A DNA stretch of 64,000 nucleotides. Source: Octopus sinensis (lineage: Eukaryota). The stretch lies in the NCBI RefSeq assembly GCF_006345805.1, contig NC_043007.1, positions 24,986,001 through 25,050,000 of the forward strand. Direction: 5' to 3'. The position numbers and the translations under genes were made by a program. Below the pieces are notes generated by a model that saw only the letters and a list, made by a program, of their open reading frames with translations, did no database searches and was not told the origin of the DNA. Positions within the stretch are counted from its first letter, which is position 1, and the number at the start of each line of letters is the position of its first letter. Of the stretch, positions 51,875-63,286 are shown in pieces.

Positions 51875-52396
51875 TTCTAACTAGAAAGGGTATGGCCTGG
51901 TCAGCCTGTAATGACATGCATAAGATCTGGTCATCAAATCTAAGTAGAGACTTCAAACTTGAAATCTTCAAAGCCACAGTCGAACCAATTCTACTATATG
52001 GCTCAGAAACCTGGACGTTATCAAAGAAGCTTGAGAGGCAGTTGGATGGGACCTACACTCGCCTCCTTATGAGAGCTCAAAATCTCTTGTGGAAGTGCCA
52101 TCCAACCAAAATGCAAATATACAGGAAACTACTACCTGTGTCATCTCTTGTGAAAGTAGGAGAGTCCAGTTTGCTGGACATTGTTGTAGAGCTGAAAAAG
52201 AGGTAATTTCTACTCTTCTCCTCTGGAAGCCATCTACTAGCGATACCAGAGGGCGCACACTCTCCTACCCTGATGTAATCTCCAGGGATACAGGCATCCA
52301 GCAACAGGACCTCCGTAATGGCATAATGGACCATGAAGTCTGGCGTAGCATGGTAAATTCCATTGTCTCGACCACGGTCGAACAATGATGATGATG
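51875..52396 (+). mobile_element. RTE-clade LINE 3' fragment with (GAT)n tail
   Basis: IFKATVEPILLYGSETWTL ... RRVQFAGHC ... in two frames; 9-bp TSD ATGGATACT at 51866-51874 and 52397-52405. Confidence 0.88.
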
Positions 52397-52527
52397 ATGG
52401 ATACTACAGACTTTACTGAGATCATCCCAGGAATGTAGACTGTGATCTTAAGAGACATGTGATTTGTGGAAACACGTGTAGCGATGCATTAAAATATTTA
52501 TAAATTCTATCCAAGGATTATTGTTAT

Positions 52528-52592
<65 letters not shown>

Positions 52593-52593
<1 letters not shown>

Positions 52594-52830
52594 TTTATTT
52601 AAAGCAGCAGAAAATTCAACAAAACCTGTTACTCTGAGTTTCACGTTCCCGTTCGTCGGACAGTTTTTGCTAGAATTCTAGCTAAAACTGTCCGACGAAC
52701 GGGAACGTGAAACTCAGAGTAACAGGTTTTGTTGAATTTTGTGCTGCTTTAAATAAAGCATATTACTCTACCACTGGTATTTGAGTACTCTTTTTTCCAA
52801 AATTGTTTCACAATTATGTGTTTACTCTGG
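52593..52830. mobile_element. 166-bp palindrome plus 72-bp tail embedded in (TA)n; probable Penelope-type pLTR fragment with inversion
   Basis: 83-bp arms with 2 mismatches centred on GCTAGAATTCTAGC; (TA)n on both sides; related terminus at about 25789-25839 also next to (TA)n. Confidence 0.75.
52684..52730 (+). ncRNA. Minimal type I hammerhead ribozyme fold (mirror copy on the minus strand in the left arm)
   Basis: Stem I CTGT(52688-91)/ACAG(52722-25); core CCGACGA 52692-98 (C where canonical U4 is); stem II ACG-GGAA-CGT; GAAA 52709-12; stem III ACTC-A-GAGT; GUA triplet ending at A52721. Confidence 0.7.
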
Positions 52831-53859
52831 TATATATATATATATGATGACAACGGTGGTGATAACGATGATAATGATGTGACATGACAAAATGTATCAG
52901 TGCAAATTATTTATTTACTTGTCAGAAAACAAAAATTCCTTGTTTGTTTGTTTTTCTCCCTGACACAAGACAAATGAACTAAACTCATTAGATGTCTCAT
53001 ATTCCTTGATACGCAAATAGTCTCTGAGAAGATTTGAATTCGAAACCTTTACTTCTAAATAAAGGGCACTAACCCAACCCCATTATGTTTCCAGTTCGAA
53101 AACTGATAGGGTCAGCTTTTACCTTCAACCTTCCCAAGTTGATAAAACAAAGTAGCTACGGCAGTTAATAATCTGTACAATTTACGGTATCATTGCCAGT
53201 CAAAGATACCATAAACTGTATGTGTGTGTGTGTGTGTAAATAGATATCTGTGTGTGTGTGTGTGTGTATGTGGTGTGTGTGTGTATGTGGTGTGTGTGTG
53301 CACGTGTGCTTTGTGTATGTATATATATAAATATGACAGGCTTCTTTCAGTTTCCATCAACTAAATCCACTTACAAGGCTTTTGTTGGCCCAAGGCTATC
53401 GTAGAAGACACTAGCCCAAGGTGCCACGCAGTGGGACTGAACCTGGAACCGTGTGGTCGGAAAGCAGACTTCTTACCACACAGCCATGCCTACACCCCCC
53501 ACCACCACACACACACACATGAATGTACAATATATGTATACCGGATTCATATAATTTAGAGGTATTAAGCGGGTAAGACAAATATGTTCCTATATGGAAA
53601 TAATTTCAGATTCATCCATAATCAGGTTATTGTGCTAACATATTATAATGTATTATAACATTTTAACAAGTTTGTTCAAGACTTTAACAAGATTACATTC
53701 TTAAGTGTAAGCCATTACTTACATGAAACTCCATGTAACGCTAATATAATTATAACTATTAATGTAATTATAACTTAACCATTTTCCTGATATATATTAG
53801 TGCTACAAACCATTATATGTATGTGTGTATATATGCACAAATACACACACACACATATT

Positions 53860-54970
53860 ACTATCACCATCACCATCACCATAATCATCATCACCATCAT
53901 CATTATAATCATCTTCATCATCGACACACTGAAATACTGACATCATCATCATCACCATCACCATCACCATCATAATAATCATCTTCATCAACACATTGAC
54001 ACACCAACATCACCATCACCATCATCATCACCACTATCACCACCACCATCACTTCTATCACCATCATCATCATCATCATCATCATCATCACCACCACCAT
54101 CATCACCACCATCACCATCACTATCATCATTACCACTACCGCTGCCATCACCATCATCATCAGATAGAATTTGATGAGGCAGATTTTCCTATGCCTTTCC
54201 AGTTGCCGACCACCCTCACCTGTTTCCAAGCAAGGTAGTATTTCCCCATGGCCAGATGTGTTTTCCCATAGAAGACTGGTAATGAAGGACACTGCTTGCA
54301 GCCAGTAGACCCAGTAAAGTGGTTAGCTGTAGGAAAAGGCTTTCACATTTAGATACCATGCTAACAATGGATGTGGCTCACAACCTGTTGAGGGGTGGGG
54401 CAGTTAACTCTGAATAAGAATTGACGTGATGTGTGACAACCCATCCAGCCCATGCTAGAAAAGGGAAGTGAACATATGATAATGATGATGATGACAATGA
54501 TCGTGATGATGATGATGAAGATGATGATGATGGTGGCGGCGACGGCGGTGGTGTTGGTATTGGTGGTGGTGGTGGTGATGATGATGGTGGTGGTGGTGAT
54601 GATGGTGGTGGTGGTTGTGGTGGTGGTGGTTGTGGTGGTGGTGGTGGTTGTGGTGGTGGTGTTGGTATTGGTGGTGGTGGTGGTGGTGGTGGTGGTGGTG
54701 GTGATGATGGTGGTTGTTGTGGTGGTGGTGGTTGTGGTGGTGGTGGTGGTGTTGGTATTGGTAGTGGTGGTGGTGGTGATGGTGATGACGATGACGATGA
54801 TGATAATGATGACAATGACAATGATCATGATGATGATGATGACGATGGTGATGATATGACGATGACAACAGAGGTGGTGATGGCAAGCAGTGACAGTGAT
54901 GAGGATGATGGTGATGATGACGAGGTGGAAGAGAAGAGTAACAAAGATAATGGCGAAGACGATGATGACG
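53860..54970. repeat. Trinucleotide field: (CAT/CAC)n, a minus-strand SINE remnant, then (GAT)n/(GGT)n
   Basis: Read directly; source of poly-His/Pro/Thr/Val ORFs. Confidence 0.9.
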
Positions 54971-55545
54971 TCTCAAAGATGGAGGAAAGTGAATTTAATT
55001 TGGTTAAAGAAAAGAAGAAACCAGAAAACATTTTTTCTTTTTCTTTCTCACAAACAGGAAAAGAAATTTGAAGAAAACAAAAATTATTAAACTGAAACGA
55101 GAAAAAAATGATATTAAAGATATTTTAATGACCTAAACTGATATTTTCATATCAATGTTTCGATTTTCAATCAAATTTAAAGTCTGAAAATCTGAAATTA
55201 AAATTCACTTTGATGTAAACAAAAAAAAATAAAATACTATTAGTATCCATTTCGGATTTTACAGGAAACTTACAAATGGCTACTGTATTTTTATGGTATA
55301 TGTTCACAATATATTATACATGGGTCTCTTTCTATATGATTTTATTGATGTTATTGATCTCCTTCATACAAAGACACACACTTTAATCTGCCATGCCATG
55401 TTAAAACCTCTTAAGGTGAAAGTATTCTTAGGAGGAGGAAAAAAATCTGTTCAGTTTCCTAAAGTTTGTATTTTTAAAATGTAAGAAAGCAGACGTCACT
55501 CGGAGATCAAAGACTAGCTACTGAGCTTTATACTTCAATTTCATG

Positions 55546-56500
55546 CAGGCAACCGTGTCGGTGGCACGTAAAAGCACCATCCGTTCGCGTCCGTTGCCAG
55601 CCTCGGCTGGCCCCCGTGCCGGTGACACGTAAAAGCACCATCCGTTCGTGGCCGTTGCCAGCTCTGTCTGACCCCGTGTCCGGTGGCACGTAAAAGCACC
55701 ATCCGTCCGTGTCCATTGCCAGCCTCGGCTGGCCCCCGTGCCGGTGACACGTAAAAGCACCGTCCGCTCGTGGCCGTTTGCCAGCTCTGTCTGGCAACCG
55801 TGTCGGTGGCACGTAAAAGCACCATCCGTTCGCGTCCGTTGCCAGCCTCGGCTGGCCCCGTGCCGGTGACACGTAAAAGCACCATCCGTTCGTGGCCGTT
55901 CGCCAGCTCTGTCTGGCACCTGTGCAGGTGGCACGTAAAAAACACCCACTACACTCGCGGAGTGGTTGGCGTTAGGAAGGGCATCCAGCCGTAGAAACAC
56001 TGCCAGATCTGACTGGGCCTGACGAAGCCTTCCAGCTTCACAGACCCCAGTTGACCCGTCCAACCCATGCTAGCATGGAAAACGGACGCTAAACGATGAT
56101 GATGATGATGATGATGATATATATATATATCATCATCATCATTTAACATCCCTTCTCCATGCTAGCATGGGTTGGACGGTTCGACTGGGGATCTGGGAAG
56201 CCAGAAGGCTGCACCAGGCTTCAGTCTGATCTAGCAGTGTTTCTACAGCTCAATGCCCTTCCTAATGCCAACCACTCTGTGAGTGTAGTAGGTGCATTTT
56301 ACGTGCCACCGGCACAGGTGCCAGGTGAGGCTGGCAACGGACACGATCGGATTGGTGCTTTTTACGTGCCACCAGCATGGATGCCAGTCAAGGCAGCGCT
56401 GGCATCGGCCACGTCCGGATGGTGCTTTTTACGTGCCACTGGCACAGGGATCACAACTGCAATTTCCATTGATATTTGATGTTGGTGTACTTGACTCAAT
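55546..56500. mobile_element. Tail-to-tail pair of (GAT)n-tailed retroposon family D carrying ~60-bp subrepeat arrays
   Basis: Plus copy ends CCCATGCTAGCATGGAAAACGGACGCTAAAC(GAT)n at about 56117; minus copy starts about 56130. Other copies at about 5780-6175, 9640-9980, 14905-15180(-), 17615-17930, 27230-27620, 30590-30805(-), 38850-39270, 60495-60870, 63785-63930(-). Confidence 0.78.
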
Positions 56501-56621
56501 GGATCTCCTCAAGCACAGGGTTGAAACGGTGTTTCTTTACTTGCCACCTGCACAGGAGTCAGTCCTGCGGCCCTGGCAACTGCTGAGTGCCAGTCATAGG
56601 ATTGGTTCAATTTCGATTCCG

Positions 56622-56712
<91 letters not shown>

Positions 56713-56807
56713 ACAGATATATGTTTTTTTATTATCCAAATACAATATATATACACAATCATATATAATATACTTGCATATGTACATATTTGTTTGTTCC
56801 TTCTCAA

Positions 56808-57090
56808 GCCATACCTGGCTCATAGGGCCAGTTTCCTGGTTTCCTTGGCATATAGGTTCCCCACCTGGACGGAACACCAGTCCGTCGCAGGTGAGCTGCA
56901 AGATGCAGGAGGAAAGAGAGAGAAAGTTGTAGCGAAAGCGTCTGCAGAAGTTCGCCATTACCTTCTGCTGGTGCCGCGTGGAGCTTAGGTGTTTCGCTCA
57001 TAAACACACACATCGCCCGGTCTGAGATTCGAACCCACGATTCCTCGACCGCGAGTCCACTGCTCTAACCACTAGGCCATGTGCCTCCAC
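56808..57090 (-). mobile_element. tRNA-derived SINE related to 3826-4075
   Basis: tRNA-like head (GGCCTAGTGG ... GTTCGAATCTC on the minus strand) and shared tail. Confidence 0.7.
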
Positions 57091-57311
57091 AATGTGTACA
57101 TATACATACATATAAATTATTATAATTTATTACAGCATACCTATTTGATATATATGCCCTGGATTGGCAAAGTGCTCCTATAATTGACCAAAGTATAGCC
57201 AATCATTTTTCAGTCAATCAAAAGAGGTAACACTTACACTGCTATTCAGACACTTTGCTAGCCAGGTTCCTGCATGAAGTGCTGCTGAGGTGATGGCCTC
57301 AATTATTATAA

Positions 57312-57351
<40 letters not shown>

Positions 57352-57399
57352 AAAGGTAAGACCCAAGGAACAAGGTGTAGGAAGTTAGTAGGCTTCGAA

Positions 57400-58300
57400 C
57401 AGTCTGTAGAATGTATAAAAACAACTTTCAGGAACAGCAGTGATTTATTGATGTAGAAAGTTTTTTGTCTGGTTGTGCAGCCATTTATGCACCACGACCC
57501 AGCACTTCTTTCATCTATAGCAAATCAACAACCTTGTAAAGGATGTGTAGGATGTGGTTGGTTGGCACTGGTTGGCTGCCTCACATTTCCTTACATGGTT
57601 GTAGAAAGGAAAAATAGCAGGAACAAGAATCTCTGAACAAATAACAATAATAATTTATTTTCACCGGAATTAGCATTTCATCTCTGGACATCGGTAGCCT
57701 GGACGCCATGTGTGTGTGTGGGGGGAAGCAGCAGAGTCGGTTGAATCACAATTGTGAAGGCATTCTTCAAGTCGTATTCGCCTTCACACGGAGCTTGTCT
57801 GGTTGCGTCTAGCTTGGTTGGCGGCAGGAGCAAAAGAGAGAGAATAGCGGTCAAGCCTAGCTGCTGCTGATGACTGAGCATGCGCATAAGGGGCTTCCAG
57901 CAGGCCTTCCGGAAGACTAATCTTTGCGCATGCGTGAATGAAAATCCCAAAATGGCATCTGCAACCTGGCGTCACTACAGATGTTTGAGTGATCCAAAGA
58001 GGAGACAGTCAAAAGGGGCTGGATCTGAACTGTATGCAGGGTGTTCCAGCAGGTCAAAGCCTAATTTTTCAATGATGTAGGTGGCCATATGTGGGTGTAT
58101 ATAGCTGTGTAACAATAACACTTATTTTGACAATAGACCATGGCATTTAGTGCAAATTGCTGGTTTCAGTTCATCGGCCATCATTTCACTGTAGCCTGTA
58201 CTTGTGATTGTAGACCCCTTTTCGAGACAATGTTGTAGCATAGGCCTTTTTACAGCCCCAAAAAACAGTTAGCATCACTTTTTCTGCCTAACATTTCTTT
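57400..58300 (-). mobile_element. Degenerate mariner (DD34D) transposase relic, interrupted by the solo LTR
   Basis: KVMLTVFWG, LLEHPAYSSDPAPFDCLLFGSLKH (cf. HPPYSPDLAPSDFHLF), VVHKWLHNQTKNF. Confidence 0.78.
57546..57979 (-). mobile_element. Solo LTR (434 bp) inserted in a mariner relic
   Basis: TGTAG...CTACA ends, 4-bp TSD GATG (57542-45, 57980-83), AATAAA on the minus strand at 57654-59; removing it restores the mariner frame LKHPLQG. Confidence 0.82.
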
Positions 58301-58409
58301 TTTGCAGACAATTTGTAATGTTACTATTTGTAAAAGCTTTTAAAAATAGTAAGATTAGTAAGACCATCATAGGGTCATGTAGATTGTAACCATGTTAAAG
58401 TAGTAAGCT

Positions 58410-58815
58410 CTTACTCTCTTTCTCTTTTACTTGTTTCAGTCATTTGACTGCGGCCATGCTGGAGCACCGCCTTTAGTCGATCAAATCGACCCCGGGACTT
58501 ATTCTTTGTAAGTCCAGTACTTATTCTATCGGTCTCTTTTGCCGAACCGCTAAGTAACGGGGACGTAAACACACCAGCATCGGTTGTCAAGCAATGCAAG
58601 GGGGACAAACACAGACACACAAACCCACACACACACACACACATATATATGTATACATATATACGACAGGCTTCTTTCAGTTTCCGTCTACCAAATCCAC
58701 TCACAAGGCATTGGTCGGCCCGGGGCTATAGCAGAAGACTCTTGCCCAAGATGCCACGCAGTGGGACTGAACCCGGAACCATGTGGTTGGTTAGCAAGCT
58801 ACTTACCACACAGCA
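58410..58815 (-). mobile_element. SINE family A
   Basis: Full-length reverse copy. Confidence 0.8.
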
Positions 58816-59165
58816 GAAAGCTTATGGGTTAGCTTGCAGAGGTAGAAGGCTTGTAACATAGTGTCTTTTATGTGCAGTAAGTAAGCTTATGGGGTGTAAT
58901 CTTGTAGTGAAGTACACATAAGGATAAGTAAATATGTGCACGTAGTAAGTTTATGAATGTAGTAAAGTTGTAGAGACTGTAACGACTTGGAGGTAAGAAA
59001 TTTGAAAGAGGACCCTTTAGTCTTGGTTAAAACATGACAACTTCTCTAGTGCTGGTGCCATGGTTGAAGTACACCCAGTATACATTGTAAAGTGGTTGGT
59101 TTTAGGAAGAGTATGCAGCCACAGTAACCGTGACAATATATGACACACACACAAGATGAAAGCAT

Positions 59166-60253
59166 GGAAAAGTGGACATTAAGAAAGTGGACATTAAGAA
59201 AGAGGACATTAAGAAAGTGGACATTATGAAAGTGGACATTAAGAAAGTGGAAATTAAGAAAGTGGACATTATGAAAGTGGACATTAAGAAAGTGGAAATT
59301 AAGAAAGTGGACATTAAGAAAGTGGACATTCTGAAAGTGCTCATTAAGAAAGTGGACATTAAGAAAGAGGACATTAAGAAAGAAGACATTATGAAAGTGC
59401 TCATTAAGAAAGTGGATATTAAGAAAGTGGACATTAAGAAAGAGGACATTATGAAAGTGCTCATTAAGAAAGTGGACATTAAGAAAGTGGACATTAAGAA
59501 AGTGGACATTAAGAAAGTGGACATTATGAAAGTGGAAATTAAGAAAGTGGACATTAAGAAAGAGGGCATTAAGAAAGTGGACATTAAGAAAGTGGAAATT
59601 AAGGAAGTGGTAATTAAGAAAGTGCTCATAAAGAAAGTGAACATTAAGAAAGTGGACATTAAGAAAGTGGACATTATGAAAGTGGACATTAAGAAAGTGG
59701 AAATTAAGAAAGTGGACATTAAGAAAGTGGACATTATGAAAGTGGACATTAAGAAAGTGGAAATTAAGAAAGTGGACATTAAGAAAGTGGACATTCTGAA
59801 AGTGCTCATTAAGAAAGTGCACATTAAGAAAGTGGACATTATGAAAGAGGACATTAAGAAAGTGGACATTAAGAAAGTGGACATTAAGAAAGTGGACATT
59901 AAGAAAGTGGACATTAAGAAAGTGGACATTATGAAAGAGGACATTATGAAAGTGCTCATTAAGAAAGTGGACATTAAGAAAGTGGACATTAAGAAAGTGG
60001 ACATTAAGAAAGTGGACATTAAGAAAGTGGAAATTAAGGAAGTGGTAATTAAGAAAGTGCTCATAAAGAAAGTGAACATTAAGAAAGTGGACATTATGAA
60101 AGTGGATATTAAGAAAGTGGACATTAATTAAGAAAGTGGACATTAAGAAAGTGGAAATTAAGAAAGTAGACATTAAGAAAGTAGACATTATGAAAGTGGA
60201 CATTAAGAAAGTGGACATTAAGAAAGAGGACATTAAGTATGAAAAAGTGGACA
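59166..60253. repeat. 15-bp minisatellite (AAGAAAGTGGACATT), about 72 units
   Basis: Read directly; generates the stop-free KKVDI / NVHFL / MSTFL ORFs; one 4-bp interruption near 60127. Confidence 0.95.
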
Positions 60254-60309
60254 ATGATGATGATGACACTGACAACCAAGATGAAAGAAAATAAAAATAT
60301 GGTTCTCAC

Positions 60310-60388
60310 AGTGGTTCACGTGGTGGTGGTCCTGCATTATCCTCTTCTGATAATCCAGATACATCTGGTTTCAGTAAAACATGCTGAA
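60310..60388 (-). CDS. DNAH12: Dynein heavy chain exon (79 nt, phase 1 to 2)
   Basis: ttccag|TTCAG ... CCACT|gtgaga; (V)QHVLLKPDVSGLSEEDNAGPPPREP(L); not in the ORF track, found by reading for the expected VQSVL.KP...GP.P motif. Confidence 0.88.
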
Positions 60389-62330
60389 CTGGAATTAAAT
60401 ACAAGACAACAATCAAAAAAAATATTGACTAAATTTGGATTCTTGAGATGAGGAATCATTATTATTAAATATTATTAAATATTATTAAATATTGGGGCAA
60501 GCGAAATCGAAATCGAATTGAACCAGCCAGGATCCCTGGTCTGGTGGTATGTAAAAAGCACTATCCGACTCGTGGCCGATGCCAGCGCCGCCTCGACTGG
60601 CTTCCGTGCCGGTGGCACATAAAATACACCAATCCGACCGTGGCCGTTGCCAGTCTCGCCTGGCACCTGTGCAGGTGGCACGTAAAAAGCACCTACTACA
60701 CTCACGGAGTGGTTGGCGTTAGGAAGGGCATCCAGCTGTAGAAACATTGCCAGATAAGACTGGAGCCTGGTGCAGCCTTCTGGCTTCCCAGATCCCCGGT
60801 CGAACCGTCCAACCCATGCTAGCATGGAGAACGGACGTTAAACGATGATGATGATGATGATGATGATGATGTTAGGACCAGTGCCCTGGTCTTGGTTGTT
60901 ATAGTCACATCATTTAAGAAATCGCATTCCATCATCAGCCTTCCTCAGGTGTCTTTTGTATTCAGTAATAATCTCAGAAGTTGGAACTTAACACTTTATT
61001 AAATCTGGTGAAAGTAGATTGTTCTCATTCAATTGTACATACCATATAAGGAGAGCAATCTACCTCATCCCATAGATTTAATAAAGGATTTGGTTCCAAA
61101 TTTCAACGCTGTTATCAAACACAACAGCTCCTGAAAAAGACTGGAGAGTACAACAGCTAAAACATCATAACTATAGCAACCAAGATGAAGACCCTAGTCT
61201 AAATATTTTATTATAGATTAAATATTAACTATTTCGGTGATGCAGATATAAAAAGGGCTTATCTAGATAAGTGAAGATTAGGCCAGTATAGCGATTATTC
61301 AAAGAGGCCAGGGAACAGAAGAAAGAAGACATGCACTCAACACAAGAGCTGAAGACACCTCCGAAAGGGAGGGCCCTGCCACATCAAAACGGTTGAGGAG
61401 TAGGGGCCGAAACTGGATGTGGTTCCTCCTGATGATGTCTTGAGCTAACTGGATCCTATAAAGGGGCTGTTGTGGTAGCAGACCACAAAACATGGTTGAA
61501 ATTCCTAAGTCAGCCCTTTTCCACTAGAATTGTAATCAAAGACATCCCAGCAGTATATATCCTGGCTACTTTTCAGACAAAGTGTAGCTAAGACTGGATT
61601 ATCTTTTATTCATTTATTTTTGCTTTAAGACAATGGAGTGTGATTTGAGGAGGACTTCGTTAATATTTCTGAGCAAACAAGCACATAGAAGTTCCCTTGT
61701 TAGCTCAGTAACATAGTGGTTAATACATCAAGCTGTCACCTTGTAATCATTGTGCTATGTATAACAGAAAGTTTTTTAAAAAACCCTAGGAGGTGCAGGA
61801 TTCCCTTAAGAAGTTACAAAGACTGGCATAGTCATTGCTTGTTGGGGAGAGAGACAAAGACCAAATCACAAAGACTATTTGCTGTAGAGTTAGCAGCCCG
61901 GCCACATAAAGAGAAACATTTCTTGCTATGAAAATAGCAACAGATAACAGAAGAGACCTACCAATCTTCAGCAAAATAAACTCTGTCTCAAAGATAGAAC
62001 CCATCCTAGGCAGGTTGGAAGAGATAGTTGACATCAAGCAACTGATGCCCTTCAAATATAAGAAGTCGCACCTAGGCTGTCTGATGACGATCAGAGGACT
62101 CTCATCTCTTGGGAAACCAGTAGGACCAAGAACCATTTCACCAATTTTGCAGAGAAATAAGATGGATAGAGCTGGAATCCATTAGAAAGGATTGTGCAAC
62201 ATGGGAAGACTTGAAAGACACATGCTGCATATGTCGATGGCATTTATATTCTATGGGAAGGAAGGAAGAAAAAAGGTGTTTTTACAAATAGCTTTCTTTT
62301 TATTTTTCTATATCTATTGTTTTTACTCAC

Positions 62331-62520
62331 CTCGAGATATTCTCATACTACTTTCATAGTTTGCTACAACCTCTTCGAACATATCACTAAGCACTGCTTG
62401 AGAATTTGGTAAGTTCTTCAGCTTCTCTGGAATCCTCTCTAGAATACGCTCAAACCACTCACTTTGGATTGGCACCAATGAACCATCCCAGACTTTTTTC
62501 CGTAAACACAAGTAGTTTTC
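62331..62520 (-). CDS. DNAH12: Dynein heavy chain exon (1st in window, 190 nt, phase 0 to 1)
   Basis: ttttctgttag|GAAAAC ... CGAG|gtgagt; ENYLCLRKKVWDGSLVPIQSEWFERILERIPEKLKNLPNSQAVLSDMFEEVVANYESSMRISR. Confidence 0.9.
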
Positions 62521-62930
62521 CTAACAGAAAAAAAACCATGATTGATAATATATTTTTTTTCTATAAGTGACAGAAAATGAATAAATATAACAAAGGCCTC
62601 GATATACACTACAGACAGTGATGGTATTGGTGGTGGTGATGATGATGATGGTGGTGATGAGCATGAGATGAACAATGAAGATACAGATATGACTGTGCGG
62701 TGGCAAAGTTTGCTATGTAATCACAGTTTCTGGTTCAGTGCCACACTATGGCACCTTGAACAAATTATCTCCAACAACAGCCTCAGGCTGGCAGATGCCA
62801 TCATCATCATCATCAAATCTTGAAGATGGAAACTATGGGAGTCTATCATTTTTATGTATGTGTGAGTGTATGTGTGTGTGTGTTTGTGTTTCCATATATC
62901 TTCCCAGTGACACCATTTGTGTAAAATGGT

Positions 62931-62967
<37 letters not shown>

Positions 62968-62970
<3 letters not shown>

Positions 62971-63286
62971 TAAATTAGAGACAAAACCACTATAATGCAT
63001 AATAGTGGTTTTGTCTCTAATTTAATATAATATAATATTTTACTATAAAATTGGATTCAATCCTAAATCTGATTTTTCCCTGTAAATTTGGATTTATTCC
63101 CTAATATTTATTATTAATTTATATATATATATAATATATATATTATATTAAATTAGAGACAAAACCACTATAATGCATAATAGTGGTTTTGTCTCTAATT
63201 TAATATAATATAATATTTTACTATAAAATTGGATTCAATCCTAAATCTGATTTTTCCCTGTAAATTTGGATTTATTCCCTAATATT

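Noticed and set aside
53803-55090. Poly-His/Pro/Thr/Val and acidic ORFs
   Set aside because: Trinucleotide repeat decay; no consistent splice sites or domain.
55546-55945. CRISPR-like look (constant GGCACGTAAAAGCACC with intervening segments)
   Set aside because: The intervening segments are copies of each other, the context is a eukaryotic retroposon and there are no cas genes.
57868-57900. CTGATGA inside the solo LTR
   Set aside because: No GAAA, stem III or stem I partner at suitable spacing, so not a hammerhead.
59046-60275. 409/340/319-aa ORFs (NVHFL, MSTFL, KKVDI repeats)
   Set aside because: A 15-bp unit without stops in three frames gives these automatically; the array derives from a retroposon tail and lies in an intron.
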